From assembly GCA_013265495.1 (NCBI GenBank), contig MU059938.1, positions 3,234,349 to 3,298,348 on the forward strand: DNA of 64,000 nucleotides, read 5' to 3'. The notes under the pieces were generated by a model. That model saw only the letters and a list, made by a program, of their open reading frames with translations. It was not told the origin of the DNA and ran no database searches. Position 1 is the first letter of the stretch, and each line of letters starts with the position of its first letter. Of the stretch, positions 61,273 to 64,000 are shown one piece after another. The stretch comes from Vicugna vicugna. Its lineage: Eukaryota. Both the position numbers and the translations under genes were made by a program.

Positions 61273-64000
61273 AATAAGGAAAATATTTCATTAACCACTC
61301 TTAGGGGACTAAGAGAATTCAGACTGCTGGTTTAACGACTCACTTAAGGAAGCTATAAAAATATCTACCGTCTATGTAGGCTTTTGTGTTATGAAATGTT
61401 CTTTTATAGCCATGTTTGCTAGTGCCTGTAAAGCAGCGAACCAGTTTTAGGGTTTTTTTGGTCAGATTTCCCCTCATGCGTGATGGAGAGCACTGGTCTT
61501 ACGTTCAGGCGCATTGTGTGAGTTTCCTTCCTCTTTCTTTCCTAGAACAAAGAGTCATCAAGGAAGTTTGCTGGGGCTCTTCGCTCTCCACCACCCTCGG
61601 TCTGTCGGTTTCATTGGTCTTCTTCAGCCCAGGGACTGGCAAACTTCGCCAGCACGAAGCCCAGCCCGAGGCCTTCCCCGTCGGCTAGGGCTCAGTGCTG
61701 GAAACCCTGGGGCGGTGAAGTAGAGATACACGGACACCTTGGCCGTGGGCTCTGCACTCCAGTCCTATGCCCCACGTGCACATACCAAATGTTGACTGAT
61801 CCTTTCTCATCATTTCCTTTTACTTTTTTAAAATCCCAGAACAGAGTCTCAGTAATAACAGTTAGGAAAGGACAGCATAAACTAAGGAAAGGGGCCCACT
61901 GACAAACGCCCAGAGCCCGCTCACCATGTAAACACAGATGCTGGTGGTGTAGGGCAGCTTCTCTCCTTAGCTCATTTTGGTCTTCAAACTGCTCTCTCTG
62001 CTAAGGTGGGACGGGTGAGCAGAGGCCCAAAGAAACGGATGGTTTCTCTTGAGTTCAATTATTCCTGAATTCAGAACACCTTCTCCCTCTTTATCAGAGC
62101 AGTGCCAGTCTCCACAAAGTCCCAAGAATAACTCAAATACAGAAACCACAACAGATCAATGTTTTCTTTTCTCAGGTCCTTTTTACTGCTAACCTTTAAT
62201 TTTGTTACCATATTGATCTTTTCTAAAATTTTGTGTGCAGCTATTTCATTTAGTGCCTAATGATATTAAATAGTTGGCTTAACTGGAACTACAGCAAGTA
62301 GGGTTTAGTGACACAAGCGTTCTGGTGGAATTTGTTTCGAAACATTTGTGCTGGCTTGGTTTTTCAGCAGACTAGTTGCTTCCGTGCCAGTCACGGCTGA
62401 GACTTACAGGGCACAGCCGAGAAACTGGCATCATTCAGCTCTCTGCAATGTGAACGTGACTAGCTGAACTGCGGTCTCCTCCAACATGGCCTTGTAAGGA
62501 TAGCATTTTTCCACTGGTGAAGGAAAGGTAGTGGTGGAGAAATCATTCAGAGCCCCCAGAGAGCCTTCCAACAGCCTACTTGTGAGCTGAAGCAAGTGGA
62601 ACCCCAACAACCCCCAGTAGAGGCCAAGACTCATGGAAGAGGTTACTGCTTCTAGAAAGAGAAGGTGATTTGAGGTGACAGTTGAATTCCAATGACAAAG
62701 ACAAAGGCTCCAGTGTTCACCTATGAACACTGCCACCTCCCATTTCTCTTTAAGGCTTCCTCCTGGAAACAGGGGCCTATTGATGTGAAAACCTGGTGAT
62801 GTGCTTCCAAACCTTTGTAGCTGGGATGTAGGGAACCACTGGTCTTGGTTTTCTCTCCAATGCATTGTATGGGACCTGGGCGTGGGAACTGCGAGACGCT
62901 GCCAGAGCTAGCGGCTCCCAATGCAAACACATGAATGCAGTTGATTGTGGTTAAAAAAAAAAACAACCCAAAAAACTGGAAATATATATAAAGAAGGAGA
63001 ATTGATTTAGGGATCACATAATCAAGAACCAAGGCAGAACGCAATTCAAACCACATTTTTGGAATTACGCTTGAATAGGGAGTCTACTCAGAGCCTCAGA
63101 AGTTGTCTTCGCAGTGTTGGTGCTATTTTAGAGGGAGCCCAGGCGGACTTCCGGGGAGATGGGAGAAGACCAGCGTCAGTTTGCAGAATGGGACAGGAGC
63201 AGCCACCAGATCACCAAACGCTCAAGGCGTTTAATGGCCAGCGATTCTTCCTCAAGGTTATGTCACAGAATCAGTTTGCCCATCCTGAGAGAAGTAATGA
63301 TCTCATTAATAAGGCTTTAGTTTTAGAATTTTTTTAGCATAAAGTATTTGAATACATTTTCATAGGATATGGGGTGGGGTGGTAGTGATTAAATACGATC
63401 GCGTGAAACAGATCTGTGTGCTCTGACACACCAACCCAGCTTAGAATTCCACAGAGTAGCTGTGTGTGCACTAATGTGACGAGACCACGTGCGAGCAGCC
63501 TGTTTATTTCCTTTGATCCAAACGATTAAAATTTAAAAGGGCATAAACAATGCACAAGGCAACCAGCAGAGTCTTCAGTGTCAAACGTTTTAGGTGTTAG
63601 TACCTCCCCCGTTGGATTCATTTAACCACCTCCTTGTTCACGTCAGAGGGCTGTTCCCATCACTGCACTTCAGGCAAAGAGGCCTGGCTTTCAGAGCCTT
63701 TCTAAGTCTTCTGTAAACGCATGAGGTTTGGAAAACAACAACAAAGCAAGCAATGAAACAATGAAACGCCCAAACCATTGGCTCCAAAAAATGAAAAGGG
63801 TGTCGTGTCATGGGAATTAACATCTGAGTATCCCTAACACCCAACATCACCCAGTCAACTGCAGCTCAAGGCCGGTCATCTGGCTACTTTGAAATTTTAT
63901 TTGGTGTATGTTGTTGGCGCCTTCTAGCGCCTGATGTAATTAGGGAAGGGAGGCTCTGAAGTCAGAATGCTGGGGGCTCTGCAAGATTTTAAAATAGCCT

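Noticed and set aside
62431-62865. 144-aa minus-strand ORF
   Set aside because: No recognised domain and no good flanking splice sites; consistent with chance.
1-64000. CRISPR arrays, rRNA, snRNA/snoRNA, operon-like or viral coding systems
   Set aside because: Eukaryotic repeat-rich DNA. No spacer arrays, structural RNA matches or retroviral internal (gag/pol/env) sequence were seen; all LTRs are solo.

Overview
Mammalian genomic DNA, most likely from a camelid (Camelus, Vicugna or Lama). That assignment is an inference from a Vic-1-type tRNA-derived SINE head at 46841 and a camelid-type L1 3' end at about 50 kb. The window opens inside a CpG island (about 1-310), and the promoter or first exon it belongs to probably continues left of the window. 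The remaining ~63 kb is intergenic or intronic and dense in ancient repeats (MIR, L2, MER5/MER20, MLT1/MLT2/LTR16/MER21 solo LTRs, L1M) plus a few younger L1/SINE insertions. I recognise no protein-coding gene. The ORF track is consistent with chance ORFs, except for degenerate L1 ORF2 pieces. The ten N-runs look like length-preserving masks over high-copy repeat sequence rather than assembly gaps. Worth a second look: chains of well-formed splice sites on both strands (candidate unannotated spliced transcripts); a minus-strand exon at 41.4-41.5 kb whose acceptor tract is also a perfect IRF consensus; a young L1 with a perfect 18-bp TSD; a 154-bp tandem duplication that may be an assembly artefact; and several motif clusters. 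I found no convincing novel biological system.
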